A stretch of DNA of 64,000 bases, taken from positions 93,474-157,473 of the forward strand of contig JAEOTP010000015.1 in the NCBI GenBank assembly GCA_016839765.1. The letters are read 5' to 3'. Below are positions 48,667-58,267 of this stretch, one piece after another. Position numbers and translations under genes: made by a program. Numbering within the stretch: position 1 is the stretch's first letter; each line of letters starts with the position of its first letter. The notes beneath the pieces are model-generated. The model had not been told where the DNA came from, did not search any database, and saw only the letters and a program-made list of their open reading frames with translations. This stretch comes from Promethearchaeota archaeon (lineage in GTDB: Archaea; Asgardarchaeota; Lokiarchaeia; Sigyniarchaeales; SOKP01).

Positions 48667-49260
48667 ATGTCAACACAAGAAAAGAGTAATACTAAATTAT
48701 CTCTAAATCATGCAGAATTCATTGTTCTGGGATTGATAGCTGAATATTCTAGTCATGCGTATGATATCAACAAAAGAATTGAAGAACGTGGAATGAGAGA
48801 CTGGACTAATATAGGTAGATCTTCGATTTATCGAGTAATCAAGAGTTTAGAAAAAAAAGGATTAACAAATAAATGGATAGAAGAAGTTGATAATAGAACA
48901 CTAAAGGTTTATAATATAACAGAAAATGGTTCAAGAATTTTGAAGAAAAAGGTTTTTAATGTTATATCTGAATTCATGGGGAAAAAAGATGAGGATTTCT
49001 ATGTTGCCTTTTCAATGCTTCCATTATTAACACAAGAAGAACAAATCAAGGCAATTAACCATTCATTAGACAAAATAAAGAAACATAAGAAAGGATTAGA
49101 AAGGATGTTAAAGCAGAATTCTCATACACCATTAAATGTTAGAGGTCTTTTTGAACATCCTATTAGGATATTAGGAACTGATATTGAATTTTTGGAATGG
49201 GTTTTAGAAGAAATTAAGAAAGGAGGAGGTCAAATTGACCCAGAATCATATGGTAAATAA
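48667..49260 (+). CDS. PadR-family transcriptional regulator
   Basis: wHTH with the PadR pattern: FIVLGLIAEYSSHAYDINKRIEERGMRDWTNIGRSSIYRVIKSLEKKGLTNKWIEE...KVYNITENG. Long C-terminal helical domain. Confidence 0.8.
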   Translation: MSTQEKSNTKLSLNHAEFIVLGLIAEYSSHAYDINKRIEERGMRDWTNIGRSSIYRVIKSLEKKGLTNKWIEEVDNRTLKVYNITENGSRILKKKVFNVISEFMGKKDEDFYVAFSMLPLLTQEEQIKAINHSLDKIKKHKKGLERMLKQNSHTPLNVRGLFEHPIRILGTDIEFLEWVLEEIKKGGGQIDPESYGK

Positions 49261-50371
49261 CTTTATTCATAAGGTCGGCTCTCATTGTGAGTCTTCCGCA
49301 ATGAGAGATATGTTTGAATTTTACGGATTTCCCATGTCGGAACCCATGGCATTTGGACTTGATGGAACAATGGGATTCGCATATTTTGATAGCTCCACTA
49401 GAACAGCTGGATCAGAACCTTCAGATATGGCTATTTTTGTTGGTGGAAAACAAGATACAATCACACCAAATTCCTTAGCCTGTCGGCTTTTAGGCATTAC
49501 TTTAAGAAAGCAATCATTTACAAGTGCAGATAAAGCATGGGAGGAATCTAAAAAGTTACTCTTGCAAGGTATTCCATTATTAATTCAAGTTGATTTGGGC
49601 TTCTTGACTTATTTTGAAGAAGAGGAAGAAATACATTTTGGGGGGCATGCAATAACTCTTGCTGGATATGATGAAGAAAAAGGTATTGCGTACGTAGGAG
49701 ATACCGAATTTAAAGGCTTTCAAGAAGTATTAATTGAAGATTTGAAAAAAGCACGAAGTTCTAAACATGGTCCAAAATATTTACACCCAAACAATACCCA
49801 ATATTCAATGCAACGTCGTGTGGACGGAAAACATCCTCCATTTGCCGCGGGAGTAAAGTTAGCAATCCAAAAAGTTGTAGATCATATGTTAAGACCATCA
49901 ATGAATAACATTGGAATTCAAGGATTCAAACGGTTTGCAAATGCAATATTAAACTGGAATGAGACACTAATGGGTCAAATTATTAACCCTTATAATGGAA
50001 AAGAAGAGTCATCTGCTAGATTAACCTTTGAATTAATACATGGTTATATTGAAACTTGGGGTACTGGGGGTGCAAGTTTTCGAAATTTGTATAAATCCTT
50101 TCTCGAAGAACTCTTAGATCACCCGGAGTTAAAAGTGGGTCAAAGAGCATGGAAAACTGATGAATTGAACATTTTAAAGGACTCTATTCCACACATATCG
50201 GCATCTGCCCAAAAATGGACATTATTAGCAGAAACTTTAAAGAATGCTGCTGATGAATACAAAAGCGAATGTTTAAAGTATGTAAATCTTGATGAATTAC
50301 ATAATCTTACTTTAGAAATGTTATCAGAAGAGGAACAACTCTTTAAGAAATTATCTAAAATTAAAATTTAA
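49235..50371 (+). CDS. BtrH_N-like (papain/C39-like fold) plus DUF4872-like protein, paralogue 1
   Basis: N-terminus FIHKVGSHCESSAMRDMFEFYGFPMSEPMAFGLDGTMGF has the candidate nucleophile in HCES. Candidate His in GGHAITLAGYDEEKGIAYVGD. GGAGGAGG lies 5 nt before the TTG at 49235. Overlaps the padR stop. Confidence 0.6.
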   Translation: MTQNHMVNNFIHKVGSHCESSAMRDMFEFYGFPMSEPMAFGLDGTMGFAYFDSSTRTAGSEPSDMAIFVGGKQDTITPNSLACRLLGITLRKQSFTSADKAWEESKKLLLQGIPLLIQVDLGFLTYFEEEEEIHFGGHAITLAGYDEEKGIAYVGDTEFKGFQEVLIEDLKKARSSKHGPKYLHPNNTQYSMQRRVDGKHPPFAAGVKLAIQKVVDHMLRPSMNNIGIQGFKRFANAILNWNETLMGQIINPYNGKEESSARLTFELIHGYIETWGTGGASFRNLYKSFLEELLDHPELKVGQRAWKTDELNILKDSIPHISASAQKWTLLAETLKNAADEYKSECLKYVNLDELHNLTLEMLSEEEQLFKKLSKIKI

Positions 50372-50391
50372 TTTATGGAGGTCAAATAACA

Positions 50392-51408
50392 GTGAAAAAA
50401 TGGAAATCATATTTGAACTCAGATCCAATTGATTGGTTATTAGAAGAAAATAATCCTTCAGTTCGATACTTTACGCTAACAGATATTTTAGATAAGGATC
50501 AGAACGATGATGAGGTTAAAGAAGCACAAGAAAAAATTATGGCTGAAGGTATTGTTCCCAAAATTTTAAACAAGCAAAAAACTGGGGGATATTGGGAAAC
50601 TGCCGAAAATTTTTATATTAGAACAAAATATAAAGGAACAATATGGCAGTTCATAGTATTATCTGAACTTCATGCTGATAGTAATGATGAAAAGATTCAG
50701 AAAACTTGTGAATTTATCCTTCAGAATTCTCAAGATAAGTTAAGTGGAGCATTTGCTTATTATAGTGGAGAAAATGGTGGTGATCATAATAAAGTATTAG
50801 CTTGTTTAACCGGTAATATGCTCTGGAGTTTGATTAGATTTGGATATTTGGGGGATTCTAGAATTCAAAAAGGGATAGACTGGATTACTAAATATCAACG
50901 CTTCGATGATGGTGGAAAAAGGCCTCCAGAAGAATGGCCTTATAATGTAGGCTCTAAGAAAGGTGAAGCTTGTTGGGGAACACACACATGTCATATGGCG
51001 GTTGTAAAAAATCTAAAGGCACTAGCGGAGATACCCCCAGATAAAAGATCATATGACCTAAGAGGTACAATTAATAAAGCTGCTGAATACATGCTTAATC
51101 ATCATGTTTATAAGCAAAGTCATAATTTGGATGCTGTTGCGAAGCAGCAATGGGTTCAATTTGGTTTTCCTTTATTTTGGAAAATCGATGCTTTAGAAGT
51201 TTTAGATATCTTAACAAAAATAGGATTTAAAGATGATAGAATGAAAGAAGCCATTGATTTAATTGTATCTAAGCAAAATGAGAATAGTCGATGGATATTA
51301 GAGAAATCTTTTAATGGACGAATGCAAGCAAATATCGAACAAAAAGGAAAGGAAAGTAAATGGATTACACTTTTTGCCTTAAGAGTTTTAAAACGATTTT
51401 ATAGTTGA
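50392..51408 (+). CDS. Alpha/alpha-toroid-like (prenyltransferase/terpene-cyclase-repeat-like) protein
   Basis: 338 aa, helical. Recurrent aromatic/Gly turns (TGGYWET, GDSRIQKGIDWITKYQ, QNENSRWILE) and a Cys/His patch, EACWGTHTCHM. GTG start 10 nt after GGAGG. Weak assignment. Confidence 0.4.
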   Translation: MKKWKSYLNSDPIDWLLEENNPSVRYFTLTDILDKDQNDDEVKEAQEKIMAEGIVPKILNKQKTGGYWETAENFYIRTKYKGTIWQFIVLSELHADSNDEKIQKTCEFILQNSQDKLSGAFAYYSGENGGDHNKVLACLTGNMLWSLIRFGYLGDSRIQKGIDWITKYQRFDDGGKRPPEEWPYNVGSKKGEACWGTHTCHMAVVKNLKALAEIPPDKRSYDLRGTINKAAEYMLNHHVYKQSHNLDAVAKQQWVQFGFPLFWKIDALEVLDILTKIGFKDDRMKEAIDLIVSKQNENSRWILEKSFNGRMQANIEQKGKESKWITLFALRVLKRFYS

Positions 51409-51446
51409 AATAAATTTTTAAAAACAAAAGGATAAGTGGAGATAAA

Positions 51447-51875
51447 ATGGTTGATAATAATTTAGCAGCGCCCTGCGGTATATTTTGCGGTGCTTGCAGG
51501 CAATACCTCCTCTGGAAAAAAGACTTATTAGAAGAAAGAGGGTATAAAATAGGTTGTAAAGGGTGTCGAATAAGGAATAAAAATTGTGTTTTTATAAGAA
51601 AAGATTGTTCTGCATTAAGAAAAAAAGAATTAGAATTTTGTTATGAATGTGATAGCTTTCCTTGTCAAAAGTTACAAAAAATGGATAATCTTTATCAAGA
51701 AAGGTATTCTGTCAATATGGTTAATAATTTAAAAAGGATTGAAGAAATTGGAGTCGAATTGTGGCTCCAAGAGCAAGAAAAACTCTATTCATGCCCAAAA
51801 TGTAAGGGCGAAATTTGCATTCATGATGCGGAATGCTATGATTGTGGTAATAAAATTAATCCAAATATAAAGTAG
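51447..51875 (+). CDS. Cys-rich DUF3795-like protein
   Basis: 142 aa. APCGIFCGACRQY, CKGCR, CVFIRKDC, FCYECDSFPCQKL, then CPKCKG...CYDCG. The first part matches the pattern I associate with DUF3795. Confidence 0.55.
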   Translation: MVDNNLAAPCGIFCGACRQYLLWKKDLLEERGYKIGCKGCRIRNKNCVFIRKDCSALRKKELEFCYECDSFPCQKLQKMDNLYQERYSVNMVNNLKRIEEIGVELWLQEQEKLYSCPKCKGEICIHDAECYDCGNKINPNIK

Positions 51876-51886
51876 AAGGGAAAAAA

Positions 51887-53056
51887 ATGGTTAGATTAGT
51901 AATAGATGATTTTAAACATATGGCCGGTGCAAATTGCCAGACTTCAAGTTTAAGAAAATTACTTGCGTATTATGGCATTGAGCTTTCCGAACCAATGATA
52001 ATTGGATTGTGTTCGGGGTTGGGTTTTTTCTATTTTTACATGAAAAGAATGCCCTTTCCAATGGTGTTAGGATTGGCAGTTAAGAAAACCGAGGTTTTTG
52101 AAAGAGTTTTAAGCATTCTGGGAGGAAGTGTAAAAGTTACAGAAACAGCATCTGAAAATGCTGCCCATAATAATTTAATTGCATTATTAGAGAAAGGTCA
52201 ACCCGCTATAACATTTGTTGATTTTGCATACTTACCTTTCTTTTTTGCAGAGGGCACTCCCATCCCTAATGAACAATCGGGTCATTTTGGTGCCCATACA
52301 TTTGTAACATATGGAATTGATGAGGAAAAAAATGAAGCTTATATCTCCGATCGATATGCTAATCCTCATATAATGTCCTATGAGCAATTAAAGGCAGCAA
52401 GGGGTAGCAAATACGCACCTTTTCCAGCCAAGAATAAATTAGTTGAGTTAAGCTTACCAAAAAAAGTTAAGAATTTAAAAGAAATTATTCACACTGCTAT
52501 AAAGGCTAATGTGAATTATATGTACAATCCTCCAATCCGTAATATGGGATTGACTGGTTTTGAGAAATGGAGAAAGATGCTTCCGACTTGGGCTACCGAC
52601 TTTAACGATGATAATCTATTGTTTGGTCTAATTTCTGTGTTTATTTACATGGAGACCGGAGGGACTGGTGGTGCAATGTTTCGAATTTTATATCGGGATT
52701 TCTTAAAAGAAGCAGGAAATTTATTGAATAATAATGGGCTTCTTAAAGCTTCAGATATGTTTGATGAAATTGTTTATAAAATTCGAGAATTAGAAACTAT
52801 AATCTTGCCGGATGACCTTCCTAACCTTGGAAAATTAAGAGAATTATTCCTAAAAAGTAATGAGATTACGGAAAAAGGAGCAAGCGATTATCAAAAGCAA
52901 TTGAAAAAGCTTGATGATGAATTTGAAAAGGTTACAAATGGAGCCAAAAAGGAAATAGATTCATGGAGAGACCGTATCCCCCATATAGATAAGGGAATTC
53001 ATGAATGGGCAGAATTAGAAACTAATGCATGGGAAACAATAAAAAAATCAATATAA
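51887..53056 (+). CDS. BtrH_N-like plus DUF4872-like protein, paralogue 2
   Basis: Same architecture as 49235..50371: FKHMAGANCQTSSLRKLLAYYGIELSEPMIIGLCSGLGFFYF, GAHTFVTYGIDEEKNEAYISD and a shared C-terminal ETGGTGGAMFR / ETWGTGGASFR motif. Confidence 0.6.
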   Translation: MVRLVIDDFKHMAGANCQTSSLRKLLAYYGIELSEPMIIGLCSGLGFFYFYMKRMPFPMVLGLAVKKTEVFERVLSILGGSVKVTETASENAAHNNLIALLEKGQPAITFVDFAYLPFFFAEGTPIPNEQSGHFGAHTFVTYGIDEEKNEAYISDRYANPHIMSYEQLKAARGSKYAPFPAKNKLVELSLPKKVKNLKEIIHTAIKANVNYMYNPPIRNMGLTGFEKWRKMLPTWATDFNDDNLLFGLISVFIYMETGGTGGAMFRILYRDFLKEAGNLLNNNGLLKASDMFDEIVYKIRELETIILPDDLPNLGKLRELFLKSNEITEKGASDYQKQLKKLDDEFEKVTNGAKKEIDSWRDRIPHIDKGIHEWAELETNAWETIKKSI

Positions 53057-53075
53057 GAAGAGAAAATGTGTTAAG

Positions 53076-53747
53076 ATGTCACTAGATATTTTGAAAGAAT
53101 TGGATGTTGAAAAAATGCGAGAGGTCTTTCTAAAATATACAAGAAAAGCATTTGAAATGCTTCCCGTGATGAAAAATCTAAGTATTTTAGATATAGGTTG
53201 TGGGTCCGGTACTCCAACAATCGAATTAGCAAGGCTTAGCGATGGAAAGATTACTGGAATCGATATTGATCAAGCTGCTTTAGATAGATTCAAATCAAAA
53301 GTCGAAAAAGAAGGTCTCTCAAGTCGTATAAAAATACTAAATCGTTCCATATATAATACAAACTTTTCAGCGGAGAGTTTTAATCTTATTTGGGATGAAG
53401 GAGTATTACATATCCTAAATACCAAGAAGAGTTTAGTGGAATGTAATCGAATATTAAAGCTAAATGGATTTTTGGTCGTAGGGGAAGTAATAAAATGGAT
53501 TAGTAATAACTTAGAAGTCTTTCCTAAATGTGGTTTTAATCTCATGAATAAGTTTTTATTACCAGAGGAATGTTGGTGGAGAGAATATTATTTACCAATG
53601 GAAATAAAGATCAAGGAATTACGTTCTAAATTTAAAAAATCTAAAGAGCTAGAAAAATTGAAACCCTATGAAAGTGAAATTAACATGGTTAAGAAAAATC
53701 CTAAAGAATTTGATGGTGCATTCTACATTTTTCAAAAAGTAAACTAA
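53076..53747 (+). CDS. Class I SAM-dependent methyltransferase
   Basis: Motif I ILDIGCGSGTPTIELA, then GIDIDQ, FNLIWDEGVLHIL, LKLNGFLVV. Confidence 0.8.
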   Translation: MSLDILKELDVEKMREVFLKYTRKAFEMLPVMKNLSILDIGCGSGTPTIELARLSDGKITGIDIDQAALDRFKSKVEKEGLSSRIKILNRSIYNTNFSAESFNLIWDEGVLHILNTKKSLVECNRILKLNGFLVVGEVIKWISNNLEVFPKCGFNLMNKFLLPEECWWREYYLPMEIKIKELRSKFKKSKELEKLKPYESEINMVKKNPKEFDGAFYIFQKVN

Positions 53748-53767
53748 AAAAAGGGATGAGTTAGAAT

Positions 53768-56272
53768 ATGGATGAGATAAAAGTTGTTGGAGCAAGAATC
53801 CATAATTTGAAAAACATAAATGTTAATATCCCGAAGGGAAAGATGATTCTTATTACGGGAGTCTCAGGCTCAGGTAAATCAAGCTTGGCATTTGATATCA
53901 TATTTGATGAGGGAATGAATCGATATCTTCAATCTATCGGCTTTCCACCTAAGTTTGAAGATGAGAAGCCTTTTGATTTAATTGAAGGTCTAAGTCCCAC
54001 GATAGCAGTGGAACAAAGAACTACACGTGTATTTAATCCACGCTCTACTGTTGGAACTAAAACAGGAATTTATGGTTTACTCAGAATGCTTTATGCTACT
54101 GAAGGTATTTTGATATGCCCTATTTGTAAGGAACCAGTTAATAATAATCTAGAATGCGATTTGTGTGGGATGGTCGTAGAAAGGAAGCAAATTAAACATT
54201 TTTCGTTTAATGAACCCTCTGGTATGTGCCTATCATGTAAAGGTAGGGGGTATACTATGCATATTACGGAGGATTTAATCGTTCAAGATAATAATAGAAA
54301 CTTAATTCAAATAACAAAAGCAGGTTCAGCTGTTTTTGCTGATCAAATTCGCTTTGTTGAACAATTACCAAGATTTTACGATTTTGACATTAAGACACCG
54401 TATAAAGATTTACCAGATAATATAAAACAGGTGTTTTTATATGGTAGTGGTAAAAAATTACCTTTTGAGTGGGACTCAAAGACATTTACAGGAATATTAG
54501 AAAGAGTGTTTGAAGGAATTATTCCGCATGTAAAGCGTGCTCTCGCAGAGTCAAAAAGTGCATATAGAAGACATAAAATTCATGAAAATTTCATGTCAAT
54601 GAAAAAATGTGAAGAATGTGATGGTTATCGAATAAATGAACAAGCTAGAGAGGTTAAAATCGCAGGAAAACATGTTGGTGAGCTAGCTATGATGACTATG
54701 GATGAATTGATAGTATTTTTGGAAAGCATTAGTGAAGAACATGTGAGAAGTCCACAAGGTGAATCAATGTTAGATAGTTTATTAGAGGGTTTAAAACGTA
54801 TGATTAATGTTGGTCTCTCATACCTACATTTAAATCGTTCTTTACCTACATTAAGTGGTGGTGAACTACAACGATTATCTCTTATGACTCATTTAGATGC
54901 TGGTCTTGATTCTCTTATTTATATATTAGATGAACCCAGCATGAGTTTACATGAAAAAGAGAAGGAATCATTAATTGATATATTAAAAGAATTGAAAGAT
55001 TTAGGAAATACGGTAATCATTGTTGAGCATGATAAACGTTTTATAGATATTGCTGATGAAATAATAGATATTGGTCCAGGAGCGGGTGTTAATGGGGGTG
55101 AGATAGTTTATCAAGGCTCGATTGATGGAATAATAGAAGTTGAAAATTCTTACACTGGTCAATTTTTAGCTGGTAATATTAAATTACCTGAAAAACCCAT
55201 AGAAGAACGTAAGATTATTAACACAAACACAAAATTTCTTACAATTAGAAATGTAAAAACAAACAACCTAAAAGATATTTCAGTTAAAATTCCATTGGGA
55301 ATGATGGTAGGTATTGCTGGGGTTTCAGGATCTGGGAAAAGTTCTCTAATATTGGATACACTAGTACCACTGATAAAACCATTTTTCAAAAGAGGTGCTG
55401 AAATAAAGCAAATGAAAAAGGAGAATAATAATGAAAACGAGGAAAATGATAAAGACCTTTTAGAATATTCTGGAATTATAGAAGGATGGGAAAATGTAGA
55501 TGAAGTCATTGTTGTCAACCAAAAGCCAATTTCAAGGGTAAGAACCTCGACACCTTGCTCTTTTATCGGGATTTGGGAAAAAATTAGAAATATATTTGCT
55601 AAAACTCCTGAGGCAAAAAGGAGAAAATATAAAGCGGGACATTTTTCTTATAATTCTGATAACGGAAGATGTCCTGTTTGCCGAGGTAATGGTGTTCAAG
55701 ATTTACAAATATCATTTCTTAGTAGCTTCACAATCCCATGTAAGGAATGTAAAGGTATGAGATATAAGCCGGAAATCTTAGAAGTTAAATATAAAGAAAA
55801 GACGATTTCAGAGGTGTTGGACATGACAGTAAGTGAGGCATTAGAACTTTTTAGATCCCAAACAAATATTTCCAATATATTAAAAATCCTTGATAGTATT
55901 GGTATGGGTTATATCACACTTGGACAACCAGCTCCAACATTAAGTGGGGGTGAGGCTCAGCGTATCAAACTAGCGAAAGAATTAGGAAAAGCACGTAAAG
56001 GTAATTCATTGTATATATTAGATGAACCTACAGTTGGTTTATCATTCTATGATGCTGTAAAGTTAATGGAATTACTCGAACAGCTTGTTAAAGAGGGAAA
56101 TAGTGTCATTATAATAGAGCATGATCCTCAAATCCTTGCTTATACTGACTATATTATTGAATTAGGACCTGAAGGAGGACCAAAAGGTGGAAAAGTTATT
56201 GCTAAAGGTAATCCAGAAGAAATAAAAAAATCTAAAGAATCTATAACAGCTGCTTATCTAAGTATAAGTTAG
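53768..56272 (+). CDS. UvrA-like ABC ATPase lacking the UvrB-binding domain (class II UvrA paralogue)
   Basis: 834 aa. UvrA N-terminus VVGARIHNLKNINVNIPKGKMILITGVSGSGKSSLAFD, two ABC modules (LSGGELQRL, ILDEPS; GVSGSGKSSL, LSGGEAQRIKLA, ILDEPT) and Zn modules. Only about 25 aa separate CPIC...CDLC from FSFNEPSGMCLSCKGRG (nt 54116-54247). Confidence 0.85.
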   Translation: MDEIKVVGARIHNLKNINVNIPKGKMILITGVSGSGKSSLAFDIIFDEGMNRYLQSIGFPPKFEDEKPFDLIEGLSPTIAVEQRTTRVFNPRSTVGTKTGIYGLLRMLYATEGILICPICKEPVNNNLECDLCGMVVERKQIKHFSFNEPSGMCLSCKGRGYTMHITEDLIVQDNNRNLIQITKAGSAVFADQIRFVEQLPRFYDFDIKTPYKDLPDNIKQVFLYGSGKKLPFEWDSKTFTGILERVFEGIIPHVKRALAESKSAYRRHKIHENFMSMKKCEECDGYRINEQAREVKIAGKHVGELAMMTMDELIVFLESISEEHVRSPQGESMLDSLLEGLKRMINVGLSYLHLNRSLPTLSGGELQRLSLMTHLDAGLDSLIYILDEPSMSLHEKEKESLIDILKELKDLGNTVIIVEHDKRFIDIADEIIDIGPGAGVNGGEIVYQGSIDGIIEVENSYTGQFLAGNIKLPEKPIEERKIINTNTKFLTIRNVKTNNLKDISVKIPLGMMVGIAGVSGSGKSSLILDTLVPLIKPFFKRGAEIKQMKKENNNENEENDKDLLEYSGIIEGWENVDEVIVVNQKPISRVRTSTPCSFIGIWEKIRNIFAKTPEAKRRKYKAGHFSYNSDNGRCPVCRGNGVQDLQISFLSSFTIPCKECKGMRYKPEILEVKYKEKTISEVLDMTVSEALELFRSQTNISNILKILDSIGMGYITLGQPAPTLSGGEAQRIKLAKELGKARKGNSLYILDEPTVGLSFYDAVKLMELLEQLVKEGNSVIIIEHDPQILAYTDYIIELGPEGGPKGGKVIAKGNPEEIKKSKESITAAYLSIS

Positions 56273-56408
56273 ACATATCATTCTTTTTTACAAATCTGTT
56301 TAATAATGCGCCTTAAGTCCAATTTGATTCAACAATTGAGATAATAATTTAAAAAGCCTCCAGTATATAAGAGATTAACATAAATTGTTCTTAATCAGGG
56401 AATATTTT

Positions 56409-57533
56409 ATGAAATTTAATAGAATAATATTATTTATTTTAGTTTTTTCTTGTCTATTCACAAAAATCAGTATTACTAACGGTGTTAGTACCCATTCCCC
56501 TAATCCTGTTCCTCAATCCTGTACAATATTTACAGCTACAGTAGGGGATAAGGTCTTTTTTGGAAATAGTGAAGATTACGATATGGAAGGAGTATATATA
56601 TGGCTTATTCCAAGTCAGGAAATTGACCCAGGAACCCCTGAGGGAAAGCAGCTAATGCATGGAGCAATATTTTTTGGATTTTATAATAATTCTTTTATAG
56701 GTGATGGAGTACCGCAGGGTGGGATGAATGATCAAGGTTTGTGTTATGATGCAAATGGACTACCAATCGCTCCCCTGAATGACCACCCCGAGCGAAATGA
56801 TACATACCCAGAAATACACGTTGGGTTTCAATGGTTATGGGAATTAACTACTGGTGAGGATGCTATTGAATTTTTTGAAAATTATTATTTTGGTACAGCC
56901 ATTGCAGCTCAGACTCACTTTGCTGATGCTACAGGGGATGCAGTAGTTGTGAGTGCAGGAACTGATGGAGAATTCGCCTATACGCGTATAAATGATTCAA
57001 ATTATTTGGTTTCAACTAATTTTAACTTAGCAAATCCATCAAATGGATGGTATCCTTGCGAGCGCTATGATACAGCATGTTCTATACTTGATGATATTAA
57101 CTCCGAAGAGGATCTCACTATTGACATTTGTCGGGATGTTTTAAATTCTGTAGCTATGTATCAAACCTGGTATAGCAATATTTTCGATCCTGTTAATCGT
57201 GATGTTTATCTTTATTATCATCACGATTTTACTAAAGTTGTTAAACTGAATTTAGATGATGAATTAGCCAAGATTGTCCCTGGGGCTCCTGAAGTTCAAT
57301 ATTTCGGATTTACACATGGTAGAATCTATCCCAGTGGGAATAAAAGTGGAATTATTGGTAAAATGATTCCAATTGCTGACTTATTTAAACCCGAGCCAAT
57401 TTACAGAATCATTATCGATGAAGAGACCATCTTAATAATCTCTTTGGTCGCAATTGGAATTGTTGGTGCAAGTTCATTAATAGTCTGGGTATTTGTTGAT
57501 GAAAAAAAGAAAGCGCGTGATAAAAGAAAGTGA
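56409..57533 (+). CDS. Secreted, C-terminally membrane-anchored Ntn-hydrolase-like protein (choloylglycine hydrolase / linear amide C-N hydrolase-like)
   Basis: Signal peptide MKFNRIILFILVFSCLF, candidate N-terminal nucleophile in SCTIFTATVGDKVFFGNSEDY, and a C-terminal TM helix plus basic tail (LVAIGIVGASSLIVWVFVDEKKKARDKRK). ATG at 56409 preferred over the TTG at 56385. Confidence 0.5.
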   Translation: MKFNRIILFILVFSCLFTKISITNGVSTHSPNPVPQSCTIFTATVGDKVFFGNSEDYDMEGVYIWLIPSQEIDPGTPEGKQLMHGAIFFGFYNNSFIGDGVPQGGMNDQGLCYDANGLPIAPLNDHPERNDTYPEIHVGFQWLWELTTGEDAIEFFENYYFGTAIAAQTHFADATGDAVVVSAGTDGEFAYTRINDSNYLVSTNFNLANPSNGWYPCERYDTACSILDDINSEEDLTIDICRDVLNSVAMYQTWYSNIFDPVNRDVYLYYHHDFTKVVKLNLDDELAKIVPGAPEVQYFGFTHGRIYPSGNKSGIIGKMIPIADLFKPEPIYRIIIDEETILIISLVAIGIVGASSLIVWVFVDEKKKARDKRK

Positions 57534-57607
57534 AACTCTAAGTATATCTATTCTTAACTTTTTTTTATTTCCTTTTATAAAAATTAAATTAAATGTTGTG
57601 ATAAAAT

Positions 57608-58222
57608 ATGCAAAATCTAAATAAGAAAGAATTTGAACCTGAAAGCCTTATTAATAAAGCAATAGAAGATCCTAACATATTAGCTGAATTGATAAATAAT
57701 CTTGTAGCTAAAGATGAAACTATTCGATATAATAGCCATAAAGTCTTATTAATTATAAGCCAGAATAAACCTAAAGTTCTTTATCCCCATTGGGATTTTT
57801 TTTCTGATTTGTTAAAAAGTCAAAACAATTTTCATAAAGTCATTGGAATTCAAATTCTCGCAAACCTTGCCAAAATTGACACTAAAAACAAGTTTGAAGA
57901 TATTTTTGATATTTATTGTAATTTACTTGACGCTAAAAGTGTAATGACAGCTGGTCATCTAGCAGCGAATTTAGGCATTATTGCTAAAGTAAAACCGAAC
58001 CTGAGAGATAAGTTAACTAATGTATTATTAAACATAGACAAGACACATCACGAATTAGGCCGCAAGGATTTAATAAAAGCATATATTATTGAATCTTTCT
58101 ATGAATACTTTAATGAAATCGAAGATAAGGGAGAAGTAATTGAATTTGTAAAAGCTCAATTAGATAGTAAAAGTCCTAAAACTAGAAAAGCAGCTGAAAA
58201 ATTTCTTAAAAAATATAACTAA
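57608..58222 (+). CDS. HEAT/ARM-like alpha-solenoid protein
   Basis: 204 aa, all-helical with repeated about 35-40 aa helix pairs. No specific family recognised. Confidence 0.5.
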   Translation: MQNLNKKEFEPESLINKAIEDPNILAELINNLVAKDETIRYNSHKVLLIISQNKPKVLYPHWDFFSDLLKSQNNFHKVIGIQILANLAKIDTKNKFEDIFDIYCNLLDAKSVMTAGHLAANLGIIAKVKPNLRDKLTNVLLNIDKTHHELGRKDLIKAYIIESFYEYFNEIEDKGEVIEFVKAQLDSKSPKTRKAAEKFLKKYN

Positions 58223-58247
58223 ACTTTATTTTTGAATAAGTATTCAT

Positions 58248-58267
58248 TTGTCGCATCACTGCGACAA
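58248..58267. terminator. Perfect 8-bp stem / 4-nt loop hairpin TTGTCGCA-TCAC-TGCGACAA between the HEAT gene and actin
   Basis: Read directly. Lies 26 nt after the 57608..58222 stop. Followed by TTGTGACAAC and TTTAAATA (58281-58288). It could equally be a protein-binding palindrome. Confidence 0.3.
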
